From contig OZ241742.1 in assembly GCA_965200955.1 (NCBI GenBank), positions 170,320 to 234,319 of the forward strand: DNA of 64,000 nucleotides, written 5' to 3'. This DNA comes from Rhodothermales bacterium. Its GTDB lineage: Bacteria; Bacteroidota; Rhodothermia; Rhodothermales; Bin80. Below, piece by piece: positions 49,806-59,760 of the stretch. Position numbers and translations under genes: made by a program. The notes below the pieces were generated by a model. It was given only the letters and a program-made list of their open reading frames with translations. It was not told where the DNA came from and did no database searches. The stretch's first letter is position 1. Every line of letters starts with the position of its first letter.

Positions 49806-50562
49806 TATCAATCTACGGGTATGGAAATTGCAAATCTACCGACATCTATCTTGCAAATCTACCAACATCTATTTTGCAAATCTACGGGTATGAAAACTGC
49901 AAATCTACCGACATCTATCTTGCAAATCTACGGGTATGGAAATTGCAAATCTACCGACATCTATCTTGCAAATCTACCAACATCTATTTTGCAAATCTAC
50001 GGGTATGAAAACTGCAAATCTACCGACATCTATTTTGCAAATCTACGGGTATGAAAACTGCAAATCTACCGACATCTATCTTGCAAATCTACGGGTATGG
50101 AAACTGCAAATCTACCGACATCTATTTTGCAAATCTACGGGTATGAAAACTGCAAATTTACCGACATCTATTTTGCAAATCTACGGGTATGAAAACTGCA
50201 AATTTACCGACATCTATTTTGCAAATCTACGGGTATGAAAACTGCAAATCTACCGACATCTATTTTGCAAATCTACGGGTATGAAAACTGCAAATCTACC
50301 GAGACCTATCTGCAAATCTACGGGTATGGAAACTGCAAATCTACCGACATCTATTTTGCAAATCTACGGGTATGAAAACTGCAAATTTACCGACATCTAT
50401 TTTGCAAATCTACGGGTATGAAAACTGCAAATCTACCGACATCTATTTTGCAAATCTACGGGTATGAAAACTGCAAATCTACCGAGACCTATCTGCAAAT
50501 CTACGGGTATGGAAACTGCAAATCTACCGAAGCGTATAATGCAAATCTACCGAAAACATAAT
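49806..50562. repeat. Tandem array of 33 phased 23-bp units (46-bp A+B super-unit), non-coding
   Basis: Parsed unit by unit. A is TGCAAATCTACCGACATCTATTT and B is TGCAAATCTACGGGTATGAAAAC, sharing the 11-nt core TGCAAATCTAC. There are 31 units of 23 nt plus 2 of 22 nt (TGCAAATCTACCGAGACCTATC), totalling 757 nt. Higher-order repeats are present: 50197-50333 is identical to 50380-50516 (183-bp offset), and a 115-bp offset occurs at 49829/49944. Confidence 0.95.
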
Positions 50563-50614
50563 CTCTTGATTGAGACTCTGAGATTAGACTACACCTATTA
50601 TTTCTCAAAAACTA

Positions 50615-51880
50615 ATGAAAGTTTCGGATTCTAATATGATTCCACGTGCATCTGAGTTATTGCTTGCCGAGGCGCTTGAAGATACACCAATTGTTCTCAT
50701 CCAAGGGCCACGGCAATGTGGAAAAACGACGCTCGCCAAAAAGGTTGGACAGCTACGAGATTATTCTTACTTCACATTTGATGACGAAGATACCCGACAG
50801 TATGCAGAAGATGACCCAAGAGGGTTTGTAGACAATCTACCGAGTCATACCATTCTTGATGAGGTACAATATGTGCCAAAATTGTACAGAGCAATCAAAG
50901 TATCAGTGGATGAAAACAGACTACCAGGAAGATTTATCCTGACGGGGTCAACCAATCTGCTACATGTTCAGGGATTTGCTGACGCGTTTGTGGGTCGTAT
51001 GCAGATCGTGCACCTGCATCCATTGTCCCAACAGGAGATTGAACAAAATGGCTCCGCCAATTTCGTAGAAAATCTATTTAGTGAGACGTTTAAGACCGGA
51101 AGGTACGAGCGCTTAAAGAGTAACCTTTCAGAGAGAATTGTATCTGGAGGCTATCCAGAGGTACTTACCCGTATCTCTGATCGTACCCATCTTCCTTGGT
51201 ACCAAAGTTATGTTGAATCTCTTGTTCAGAAAGATGTCGTCAAGTTGGCCAAGATTCAATCATCTGAAACATTTCCTCAAATACTGGCTGCCGCGGCCAG
51301 CCTATCAAGTCAACTTTTGAATGTTTCTTTCATCGCAAAGAAACTGAAGATGAATCATCATACCGTGAGAAATTATTTGACTCTACTGGAACGCCAGTTT
51401 CTGATTGAACGGCTACCTGTTTGGTATAACAATCAATTGAAACGCCTCATAAAAACACCTAAGATTCACATTGGCGATACTGGGATTGCAAGTAGTTTGC
51501 TTAGAACCAATGCACAATCTCTGCGGAAAAATCGTTCATTGTATGGGCAGCTTGTTGAATCTTTTGTCTTACAGGAATTAAAACGACAGGCAAGTTGTTC
51601 GTATGAACCATATAAATTCTATCATCTTCGGGATCAAGATGGCTTTGAAGTAGATATCATCATAGAACTCGGTGCATTTGAATTAGTGGGTATCGAAGTG
51701 AAGTCAGGTGCATCTATCGATAGATCTGATTTTAAGGGATTGAGAAAATTGAGGGATTCTCAAGAAGATCGATTTAAATGTGGTGTGTTGTTCTATGATG
51801 GAGAGTTCTGCAGAAAGTATGGTGACAGAATATACTCTGCACCTATTCGCATGCTCTGGGAAAGTGAATCAATCAGATAG
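50615..51880 (+). CDS. AAA ATPase with wHTH and DUF4143-type PD-(D/E)XK-like C-terminal domain (COG1373-like)
   Basis: Walker A IQGPRQCGKTTLAK, Walker B HTILDEVQYVP, wHTH-like HHTVRNYLTLLERQFLIERL. C-terminus GFEVDIIIE...LVGIEVKSG has a D...E-x-K pattern. Confidence 0.8.
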   Translation: MKVSDSNMIPRASELLLAEALEDTPIVLIQGPRQCGKTTLAKKVGQLRDYSYFTFDDEDTRQYAEDDPRGFVDNLPSHTILDEVQYVPKLYRAIKVSVDENRLPGRFILTGSTNLLHVQGFADAFVGRMQIVHLHPLSQQEIEQNGSANFVENLFSETFKTGRYERLKSNLSERIVSGGYPEVLTRISDRTHLPWYQSYVESLVQKDVVKLAKIQSSETFPQILAAAASLSSQLLNVSFIAKKLKMNHHTVRNYLTLLERQFLIERLPVWYNNQLKRLIKTPKIHIGDTGIASSLLRTNAQSLRKNRSLYGQLVESFVLQELKRQASCSYEPYKFYHLRDQDGFEVDIIIELGAFELVGIEVKSGASIDRSDFKGLRKLRDSQEDRFKCGVLFYDGEFCRKYGDRIYSAPIRMLWESESIR

Positions 51881-52108
51881 TATCTTCTGAAATCAATCAC
51901 TGATAAATTGACTCGTTATCTCATAGTAGATAATAGTCATAAAAAGAATGTATGTGGGCTTTACAAAAGCGGGTGGGTTCATTTTTCAGGTGGTTCATGA
52001 AAAAGGCGGAATCTTCAATCTTTGAGCGATTATTAACGATTTGTGTTTGCATCTTCATCATGCATTGGTATGATAGAATCCATAGTCCTGAGTCTACGTC
52101 TTTGAAAG

Positions 52109-53833
52109 ATGATATCACTAGCACATTGTATCCATAGATACGGGATTATTCCTATTTTTTCTGTCCTTTGGTGGGGGCTCGGTTGCCAGAGTCCACAGGA
52201 GCCTCAAAAAGAGTACATTCAACTGACTGAAGTAACCTCCGAGTCTGGTCTTGGTATGTTTCGGCATGATAATGGTGCAGATGGTAAGAAATACTATGCC
52301 GAGCAGATGGGCTCGGGAGCTGCCTTTGTGGACTATGACGGAGATGGCTGGCTGGATATTCTTCTTGCAGGGGGTGGATTCTGGGATCGCATGCCACATC
52401 CCTGGTATAAACCCCTATGGATGTATCGGAATGTAGGTGATGGCACATTTGAAGATGTAACAGATGATGTCGGACTCCGAGATCTTCATGCCTACACGCT
52501 TGGACTTGCTACCGCCGATTATGATAATGATGGAGATCAGGATATATTGGTCACCAACTTGAATGAAAACATGCTTCTTGAAAATATGGATGGAGTGTTT
52601 AGACAGGTAGGTGAATCTGCAGGCCTTGCTTCTGAGGATGAGTGGAGCAGCTCTGCCCTCTGGGTAGATGCCAACCTTGATGGGTGGCTTGATGTATATG
52701 TTGGAAATTATGCGGACTGGACTCCAGAAACCGATAAATTCTGCCCCGAAGGTGGACTTGAGAAACTGTACTGTATCCCTGCGGATTACGAAGGGATGCC
52801 AAGTCGTTATTATCAGGCCGTGGGAGATGGATCCTTTATAGAACGCACACATGAATCTGGATTATATCATTCACTTGGGAAAGCCCTCGGCATCGCCGAA
52901 TGGGATTTTAATCAAGACATATGGTCGGATTTGGTGGTGGCCAATGACGGAGAGGGCGATCTCTTTTTTCTCAATAATGGGGATGGTGGGTTTTCAGAAC
53001 GAGGCGTTGAGAGTGGCATGGCTTTCAGTGAACATGGGGAAGCTCGTGCAGGAATGGGGATCGACATCGGAGTCGTAGATACAACCGGTACTCCCACGAT
53101 CTTTGTAGGAAACTTTTCCTCAGAAATGATCGGCGTCTATCACTATTTAGGCAATGGCTTGTTTAAAGATCGTGCGGCCATTTCTAAGATTGGTCAACCC
53201 AGTTTAAATACACTCACCTTTGGTCTCATGCTCTTGGACATTGATTTGGATATGGATCTGGATCTGTTTGTAGCCAATGGGCATGTCTATCCCGATCGGC
53301 TGGTGGGACAGGATAAGATCACCTATGAGCAGAAAGCACAGTTATTTGAAAATAATGGGCATGGATTTTTTCAGGAAGTGTCACCGTCAAGGACTCTGCC
53401 ACTAACCATCGAGATGGTCGCCCGCGGGGCTGCTTATGGTGACTATGACCGCGATGGAGATCTTGATCTACTCATCGTCGAAAATAACGGGCCCGTCCAC
53501 CTGTGGCGCAATGATGCTCAAGGCCGTAACTGGCTTCGTGTCACCTTGACGGGCACCGTTGGCAATCGAGATGCATTTGGTTCTCGAATTCGTATCTATG
53601 CCGGAGGACAAGTTCAAGAGCGTCGTATTCGTTCAGGATCCAGTTATTTGTCTCAGAACGAAATCGTCGCCTCATTTGGATTAATGAATATTGAAGTCAT
53701 TGATAGCATCAGAGTAGACTGGCCCATGAATCATTCACAAGTGTTGTATGATCTGCCCGTGAATACGGAAATTCATATTACAGAGGGGCAACAGGGATGG
53801 ACGCAACGCCCGATGTCTGGAATCATTCATTAA
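52109..53833 (+). CDS. CRTAC1-family protein (FG-GAP/VCBS repeats + ASPIC/UnbV domain), paralog 1
   Basis: Lipobox WWGLGCQS. Repeated DYDGDGWLDI/DYDNDGDQDI/DYDRDGDLDL calcium-binding loops. C-terminus GTVGNRDAFGSRIRIYAGGQVQERRIRSGSSYLSQNE...VDWP. Confidence 0.85.
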   Translation: MISLAHCIHRYGIIPIFSVLWWGLGCQSPQEPQKEYIQLTEVTSESGLGMFRHDNGADGKKYYAEQMGSGAAFVDYDGDGWLDILLAGGGFWDRMPHPWYKPLWMYRNVGDGTFEDVTDDVGLRDLHAYTLGLATADYDNDGDQDILVTNLNENMLLENMDGVFRQVGESAGLASEDEWSSSALWVDANLDGWLDVYVGNYADWTPETDKFCPEGGLEKLYCIPADYEGMPSRYYQAVGDGSFIERTHESGLYHSLGKALGIAEWDFNQDIWSDLVVANDGEGDLFFLNNGDGGFSERGVESGMAFSEHGEARAGMGIDIGVVDTTGTPTIFVGNFSSEMIGVYHYLGNGLFKDRAAISKIGQPSLNTLTFGLMLLDIDLDMDLDLFVANGHVYPDRLVGQDKITYEQKAQLFENNGHGFFQEVSPSRTLPLTIEMVARGAAYGDYDRDGDLDLLIVENNGPVHLWRNDAQGRNWLRVTLTGTVGNRDAFGSRIRIYAGGQVQERRIRSGSSYLSQNEIVASFGLMNIEVIDSIRVDWPMNHSQVLYDLPVNTEIHITEGQQGWTQRPMSGIIH

Positions 53834-53835
53834 TC

Positions 53836-55503
53836 ATGCGTCACATTTGTGTTTTGCTGATCGGAGTGATCCTCGTGGCGGGATGTGGTCAAGTGACTAC
53901 TCAAGAACTCAATGCCCCTTTGATTCAGTTAACAGATGTCACTGAAGAAGCTGGATTGGCAGGGGTTGTACATGTCAATGGTGGGTTTGGAGAATCCTGG
54001 GCTCCCGAAATTGTCGGTGGGGGAGGTGCTTTTTTTGACTATGATCAAGACGGATGGCAGGATATCCTCGTCGTGACTGGCGGTGCATTTGAGGGAGAGA
54101 GACTCCTCGGCGCACATCCTGCATTGAGGCTCTTTCGCAACCTCGGCAACGGAGGCTTTGAAGAAGTAACCCAGCCTGCCGGACTGTCTATCCTGAGGGT
54201 ATACAGTCTCGGCGTGACGATCGGCGATTATGATAATGACGGTGATCAGGATATTTTTGTGACTACTGTGGGTAATGATCTGCTACTCCGTAATCAAGGG
54301 GGAATTTTTGAGGAAGTGGGGGAAATAGCTGGAGTTGGGCAGGTCAGTGAATGGAGCACCAGTGCAATGTTTTTTGATGGCAATCGAGATGGCTATTTAG
54401 ATCTTTATGTCGGGACCTATGTTCATTGGACTCCCAAAGATGATATCTATTGCAGTTTTGGAGGAAATAAAGTGTACTGTACTCCCGAAGTCTATGAGGG
54501 CATTGCAAGTCGGTATTATGAGAATCAAGGAGATGGTTCCTTCAAGGATGTGACTGAACAGGCAGGATTTTTGGGGGGGGTGGATGCGATTCGTGATAAA
54601 ACGCTGGGAGTTGCCGAGCTGGATGTCAATCAAGACGGATGGCCTGATGTAGTGGTTGCCAATGATACAGAACGGGATATGCTCTTTATGAACCAAGGAG
54701 ATGGCACGTTTCTGGAAAACGGAATCTACAGTGGAATTGCCTATGATCAGCATGGGAAACCACGGGCTGGAATGGGGATTGATGTTGGGGTAGTTGATGA
54801 TTCAGGAGAACCCTCCATTTTTATCGGAAATTTTTCACACGAAACGGTCGGAGTCTACAAACATAGAGGCAATGGAAGTTTTACTGACCGTGCCGCTACA
54901 TCACGAATTGGACTGCCGAGTTTTAAGACCTTGACCTTTGGGTTAGTCCTTTTTGATGTTGATCTGGATGCAGATCTAGATTTGCTCATTGCAAACGGCC
55001 ATGTTCAAACCCATATCGCACAGATTGTGGATGGAATCACGTTTCGTCAACGTCCTCAACTCTTTCTGAATGATGGAACAGGCATCTTCTCAGAGATGCC
55101 CGCAGACGGTGCGCTGAAAGAAACGTTTGTGGGGCGTGGACTGGCAACGGGGGATTATGATCAGGACGGCGATTTGGATGTACTCCTGATCGAGAATAAT
55201 GGACCCGCCCATCTGTGGCGCAATGATCTCCAGGAAAAGAAATGGCTTCGCGTTCAACTGACTGGAACGATCAGCAATCGCAATGCGTATGGTGCACAAA
55301 TTCATCTCTGGAGTCAAGGAAACATGCAGGTTCGGCGCATCCGAAGTGGATCAAGTTATCTGTCACATTCTGAGTCTGCAGCATTTTTTGGATTGCAGCA
55401 TGTTCCAGACAGCTTATTGGTACGATGGCCCAGCGGGCTGGAAACACGTCTGTATGAAATACCCGTCAATACGACGATACATCTTGAAGAAAATGGGATC
55501 TAA
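53836..55503 (+). CDS. CRTAC1-family protein, paralog 2
   Basis: Same architecture as paralog 1. Lipoprotein signal MRHICVLLIGVILVAGCGQ (ATG at 53836, 3 nt after the paralog 1 stop). GTISNRNAYGAQIHLW...RRIRSGSSYLSHSE. Confidence 0.85.
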   Translation: MRHICVLLIGVILVAGCGQVTTQELNAPLIQLTDVTEEAGLAGVVHVNGGFGESWAPEIVGGGGAFFDYDQDGWQDILVVTGGAFEGERLLGAHPALRLFRNLGNGGFEEVTQPAGLSILRVYSLGVTIGDYDNDGDQDIFVTTVGNDLLLRNQGGIFEEVGEIAGVGQVSEWSTSAMFFDGNRDGYLDLYVGTYVHWTPKDDIYCSFGGNKVYCTPEVYEGIASRYYENQGDGSFKDVTEQAGFLGGVDAIRDKTLGVAELDVNQDGWPDVVVANDTERDMLFMNQGDGTFLENGIYSGIAYDQHGKPRAGMGIDVGVVDDSGEPSIFIGNFSHETVGVYKHRGNGSFTDRAATSRIGLPSFKTLTFGLVLFDVDLDADLDLLIANGHVQTHIAQIVDGITFRQRPQLFLNDGTGIFSEMPADGALKETFVGRGLATGDYDQDGDLDVLLIENNGPAHLWRNDLQEKKWLRVQLTGTISNRNAYGAQIHLWSQGNMQVRRIRSGSSYLSHSESAAFFGLQHVPDSLLVRWPSGLETRLYEIPVNTTIHLEENGI

Positions 55504-57178
55504 GTGGAGAGTCCTTCAGATCAGTGCACTTTTTTTGCTGGCCTGTTTCGTAGGATGTAGTCAATCAGAGCCTGAGTCCAATGATTCTGAGCCATCTCTG
55601 CGAGATGTACAGATTGTTTTTACTGATGTGACCGAAGCGTCTGGATTGGGCATGTTCCGGCATGAAACGGGAGCATTTGGGGAAAAATGGTTTCCCGAAA
55701 CAATGGGGGCAGGTGGCGGTTTTTTTGACTATAATGGAGATCAGATCCTCGACATTGTGCTCGTAGCCGGAAGTGAATTTCCATCGGACTCTACCGTAGA
55801 GCAGCCTGCACTTCGCTTGTTTCAAGGAAGCTCAGAGGGAACATTTATAGATGTGACTACAGAATCTGGATTAGAATCAATTCGTAGTTATGCTTTTGGT
55901 GTGAATGCCGCTGACTACGATAATGACGGAGATGCTGATCTCTTTGTCACAGCATTATTTAAAAATTTTCTCCTTCGTAACGATCAAGGATTTTTTCAAG
56001 AAATCACCGAAGAAGCCGGTCTTGGACAGTATCGTGAATGGAGTACGGCAAGCGTATTTTTTGATGCAAATGTGGACGGATGGCTGGATTTATATATTGG
56101 CAATTACGTCCAATGGACTCCAGAAATAGATATCTTCTGCACGAGAGTAGGTGATAAAAAATCCTATTGCACACCAGAACAGTACGAAGGAATTTCTGGA
56201 CGATTTTATGTGAATCAGGGTGACGGTACGTTTGAAGAACGCTCCGAGGATTTTAGTGGGCTTCCTGGGAAGACACTTGGTGCTTCAAGTTTAGATTACA
56301 ATAAGGACCGTTGGCCCGACTTGATTGTCGCCAATGACACCCAGAATGATCTTTTGTTTGAAAATAAAGGCGATGGCACATTCATTGAAAAAGGAGTTAC
56401 CAGTGGGATAGCCTTTGATGAAAATGGACGGGCACGGGCAGGGATGGGCCTTGAAATGGGAGTCGTAGATGAGACGGGAGAAGAAACCGTGTTTATTGGA
56501 CATTTTTCTGGCGAAATGGTGGGAGTCTATCGCCATGCTGGTAGCGGAATTTTCATTGAACGAGCAGCTGTTTCCCAGATTGGACGGACAAGTCTTCCAA
56601 CGCTCACCTTCGGAATGATCCTTGCAGATTTTGACCTTGATAGCGACCTTGACTTGATCACGGCGAATGGTCACATCACCGATGATATTGCAGAAGTCGA
56701 AGAAGGAATCACCTTTAAACAACTCACCCAGATGTATATTAATGTTGGCAATGGACGATTTTCAGTCGCAGAGCCAATTGGTGTACTTTCAGATTCACTG
56801 TTAGGACGCGGTGCTGCATGGGCAGATTATGATGGTGATGGGGATCCAGATGTATTGATTACCGAAAATGGAGGCCCTGCCCACTTATGGCGTAACGATA
56901 CTGAACCTGGGCACTCTTTGACGGTGCAGTTGATTGGAACCCAGAGTAACAAAGACGCGATTGGCACCCGTGTTCGCCTTAAAGCCAATGGATCATGGCA
57001 AGAACGCTATGTCCGTAACGGGACCAGTTATCTATCCCAAAGTCAGCAGTGGCCGGTATTTGGACTTGGGATGGTAGAAACCGTAGATTCCTTAGAGATT
57101 CTCTGGCCCAGTGGAATCTTGAACCAAATGTCAACGATACCGGCTGGGATGCTCACATTGATAGAAGGTGAACTGTGA
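55493..57178 (+). CDS. CRTAC1-family protein, paralog 3
   Basis: Lipoprotein signal MGSKWRVLQISALFLLACFVGCSQ (ATG at 55493, 11-nt overlap with paralog 2). GTQSNKDAIGTRVRLKANGSWQERYVRNGTSYLSQSQ. The track ORF start at 55283 lies inside paralog 2. Confidence 0.8.
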   Translation: MGSKWRVLQISALFLLACFVGCSQSEPESNDSEPSLRDVQIVFTDVTEASGLGMFRHETGAFGEKWFPETMGAGGGFFDYNGDQILDIVLVAGSEFPSDSTVEQPALRLFQGSSEGTFIDVTTESGLESIRSYAFGVNAADYDNDGDADLFVTALFKNFLLRNDQGFFQEITEEAGLGQYREWSTASVFFDANVDGWLDLYIGNYVQWTPEIDIFCTRVGDKKSYCTPEQYEGISGRFYVNQGDGTFEERSEDFSGLPGKTLGASSLDYNKDRWPDLIVANDTQNDLLFENKGDGTFIEKGVTSGIAFDENGRARAGMGLEMGVVDETGEETVFIGHFSGEMVGVYRHAGSGIFIERAAVSQIGRTSLPTLTFGMILADFDLDSDLDLITANGHITDDIAEVEEGITFKQLTQMYINVGNGRFSVAEPIGVLSDSLLGRGAAWADYDGDGDPDVLITENGGPAHLWRNDTEPGHSLTVQLIGTQSNKDAIGTRVRLKANGSWQERYVRNGTSYLSQSQQWPVFGLGMVETVDSLEILWPSGILNQMSTIPAGMLTLIEGEL

Positions 57179-57283
57179 ACGATACCTGGAAACTTCCATA
57201 CCACTCTTTTTACCACATTGTACGATTGAATGCTGCACTATTGTTCTGATGTTGAAACCTGTTGGTCTCAACATCAATACTGG

Positions 57284-58573
57284 ATGAAGATACCGAATCC
57301 AGATGCCCTATGGGTAACTCTTTTCTGTTTGATCATTTTGATATCTGGCTGTCAGCAGCCCGAGAGAATTGCCGAAAAGCAGAGGCAGCTTCTTTCTCCA
57401 ACCGTTGCTAGGTACATGGTTGAAGCCGAAAAGGCATTTAGCCGCGGAGTGTATGAAGTGGCTCTGGCGTACACCGACAGTGCAGAGGTTCATTTTGCCG
57501 ACTTAGCAGATCTTCATTTTTTGCGTGGAAAAATCTATACCCAACTCAATCGAATTGATGTCGCCCAGGCTGCCTATCAGGTCGTCTTGGAAATCGATCC
57601 ATACTATCCAGGGGCAAGATTTGATATGGGGCTCAACAGTTTTCGGCGGGGCAAACTACGTGATGCCGTTAATTATTATCTGGCAGAAGAATCCGAGGTT
57701 GGACCATCCACTGCTCTCTACCATGAACTTGGACGGGCTTATGCAAAGTTAGGAGTACCAGATAGTGCTATAGCTGCGTATGAACAGGCTCTTTCCATTG
57801 ACCCTGAACATACGACGACCTATATGTGGCTTGGTCAATTACTGGAGGAGACGGGAGATCTGCATGATGCTCTGGAGATGTCTCTGGCCGGTTTGAACTT
57901 ACGACCAGATGATTTAGACTATCAGTATATCGTTGGCACCCAGTATTTTCGTCTGGATTCTGCCGAGGCAGCTCGTCCATACCTTGAAACCGTTGCACAA
58001 CATTGGTCTTGGCATCATGGTGCACAGTTCAACCTTGGACAGGTATATATGAGGCTTGGTCTAGAGGATGATGCACAGGTTTATTTTGAGCGTGCTGAAA
58101 AGGCACAGCAGTTGCAACAACGCGTCAACGAAGCTCAGAATGCCATCAATAACGACCCAGGATCACCAGCGAATTGGATTGAACTTGGCAACCGCCTGCG
58201 AGAATCAAAAAAGTACGGCCGTGCCATTGAAGCCTTCAAGAATGGGTTGACGATTGAAGTTCCATCAGGACTTGCATTGTTTATGCAAACCAATATTGCG
58301 ACCTTATATATTGAATGTGGAGACTATGACGAAGCCATCAAGCGGTTGGAAGCCATTTTACGTGCTGATCCAGATTTGAGTGCTGCCCGATTGAATCTTG
58401 GTGTAGCATATGTACAAAGTAGAATGCCAGATGCAGCTCGTAACGTATGGCTTGAACTCTTGGATCGAGAACCAGACCATTTGATTGCTCAGAATTATTT
58501 GCAACAATTAGACGATTGGAATCAGAACAACAATGTGGAAAAAAGTACTACTGATTGTAGTGATCATGGCTAA
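57284..58573 (+). CDS. TPR-repeat lipoprotein
   Basis: MKIPNPDALWVTLFCLIILISGCQQ, then ~34-aa TPR-like repeats (AYQVVLEIDPYYPGARFDMGL, AYEQALSIDPEHTTTYMWLGQ, etc.). Confidence 0.75.
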   Translation: MKIPNPDALWVTLFCLIILISGCQQPERIAEKQRQLLSPTVARYMVEAEKAFSRGVYEVALAYTDSAEVHFADLADLHFLRGKIYTQLNRIDVAQAAYQVVLEIDPYYPGARFDMGLNSFRRGKLRDAVNYYLAEESEVGPSTALYHELGRAYAKLGVPDSAIAAYEQALSIDPEHTTTYMWLGQLLEETGDLHDALEMSLAGLNLRPDDLDYQYIVGTQYFRLDSAEAARPYLETVAQHWSWHHGAQFNLGQVYMRLGLEDDAQVYFERAEKAQQLQQRVNEAQNAINNDPGSPANWIELGNRLRESKKYGRAIEAFKNGLTIEVPSGLALFMQTNIATLYIECGDYDEAIKRLEAILRADPDLSAARLNLGVAYVQSRMPDAARNVWLELLDREPDHLIAQNYLQQLDDWNQNNNVEKSTTDCSDHG

Positions 58574-59759
58574 CCCAATGACTGAGATCTATGCTCAAGT
58601 CATTGAGGATGGAGACTGGGTTGGGCGGATCATTCATAGGACTGGCCGATACATGGATTCGGTCTATAAAGTTCGCAACTCGGAGGATGGACTCAAGATC
58701 ACTCTGGAAGTAGAAAATTATGGACCTTTTGAGTTTAGAGATATCCGCGTGACTTCGGATAGCTTATCCTTCGTATGGACTCCTTCATTTGATCTTCCCT
58801 GCACACTGGTTCGCCTTCCTGACGGTATTTACCATGGAGTATGCAACGATCCGTGGGGAGGCTTTGGTGGGGTAATTATGGCCCCTCCTGGATCAGATGC
58901 CGATCATATCATTATTGATGAAGCGACTGTCACGAATATGACAGGAGTGGATCTTGATGCATCCGAGCCTGCCCCATGGCTTCTTGGAGATTCTTACCCA
59001 CTTGGACAAACAGCCAAGATTGACGGCACAGAGATGAATTATGTGGATGCAGGAAGTGGACCTGTTACGATCGTATTGATCAGTGGAATTGGGGATGATC
59101 TAACCTCATGGGAATTACTTCATCAAAACTTAGCGTCTTCATTTCGAGTGATAGCCTATGACCGACCTGGACTAGGTTTGTCAACGGAATTAACGGAGTC
59201 TCCAAGTCTTGAACAGATGACGAATCAATTATATCAATTGCTTCAATCAGCCGATGCCGCTCCACCCTATCTATTGGTCACGCATGCAGCTGGCTCTTGG
59301 ATTGCCCGCCAGTTCATAGACGTATATGAAGATGATATTGGGGGAGTTGTGTTTATAGATCCACACTATGACGGACAGGCTACTATGTGGCAAGCTTTTG
59401 ATGCCGACGCATGGGAATCCTATTGGAATCGTTTGAAGCGTTTTCAGTCAACACTCCCTGGTGGTACTGGTTTGGAGTTTAACATGTATGCGTCGATCAT
59501 AGATGAACAAACAAAGTCTGAGATTACGGCAGTGCCTTCGGTTCCGACAGTCGTATTGACGGCAGAGCGTGCATCAGATAGCCCCATTTGGATTGGTGAT
59601 TCACCTGAGGGACGTAAAATGTGGGGTGAGTTTCATACTTCTTGGGTGAACCAGATGCCCATGGGAACCCATCAGGTTCTTGAATATGGCTCCTATATTC
59701 ATCAAGAAAGCCCTGAATCCATAGAACAAGCAATCATTGATTTACTTAGTAGCCAGTGA
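58533..59759 (+). CDS. Secreted alpha/beta-hydrolase-fold protein with extra N-terminal domain
   Basis: Signal peptide MWKKVLLIVVIMANPMTEIYAQ. The C-terminal half has VTIVLISGIGDDLTSWELL...FRVIAYDRPGLGLS, typical of alpha/beta hydrolases. It overlaps the TPR gene end by 41 nt. Confidence 0.7.
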   Translation: MWKKVLLIVVIMANPMTEIYAQVIEDGDWVGRIIHRTGRYMDSVYKVRNSEDGLKITLEVENYGPFEFRDIRVTSDSLSFVWTPSFDLPCTLVRLPDGIYHGVCNDPWGGFGGVIMAPPGSDADHIIIDEATVTNMTGVDLDASEPAPWLLGDSYPLGQTAKIDGTEMNYVDAGSGPVTIVLISGIGDDLTSWELLHQNLASSFRVIAYDRPGLGLSTELTESPSLEQMTNQLYQLLQSADAAPPYLLVTHAAGSWIARQFIDVYEDDIGGVVFIDPHYDGQATMWQAFDADAWESYWNRLKRFQSTLPGGTGLEFNMYASIIDEQTKSEITAVPSVPTVVLTAERASDSPIWIGDSPEGRKMWGEFHTSWVNQMPMGTHQVLEYGSYIHQESPESIEQAIIDLLSSQ

Positions 59760-59760
59760 T

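Noticed and set aside
49727-50238. Three overlapping + strand ORFs (93-100 aa) translating to repetitive ANLPTSILQIYGYENCKSTDIY peptides.
   Set aside because: They are read-through artefacts of the 23/46-bp repeat in all three frames. The period is not a multiple of three, and each frame hits stops in variant units.
49806-50562. Possible CRISPR array. A repeat finder could call 23-bp B units as repeats and A units as 23-bp spacers.
   Set aside because: The would-be spacers are all the same sequence (A type) and share the 11-nt core with the repeats. Unit length is too short. No cas genes or leader are nearby. It is a tandem direct repeat, not a CRISPR.
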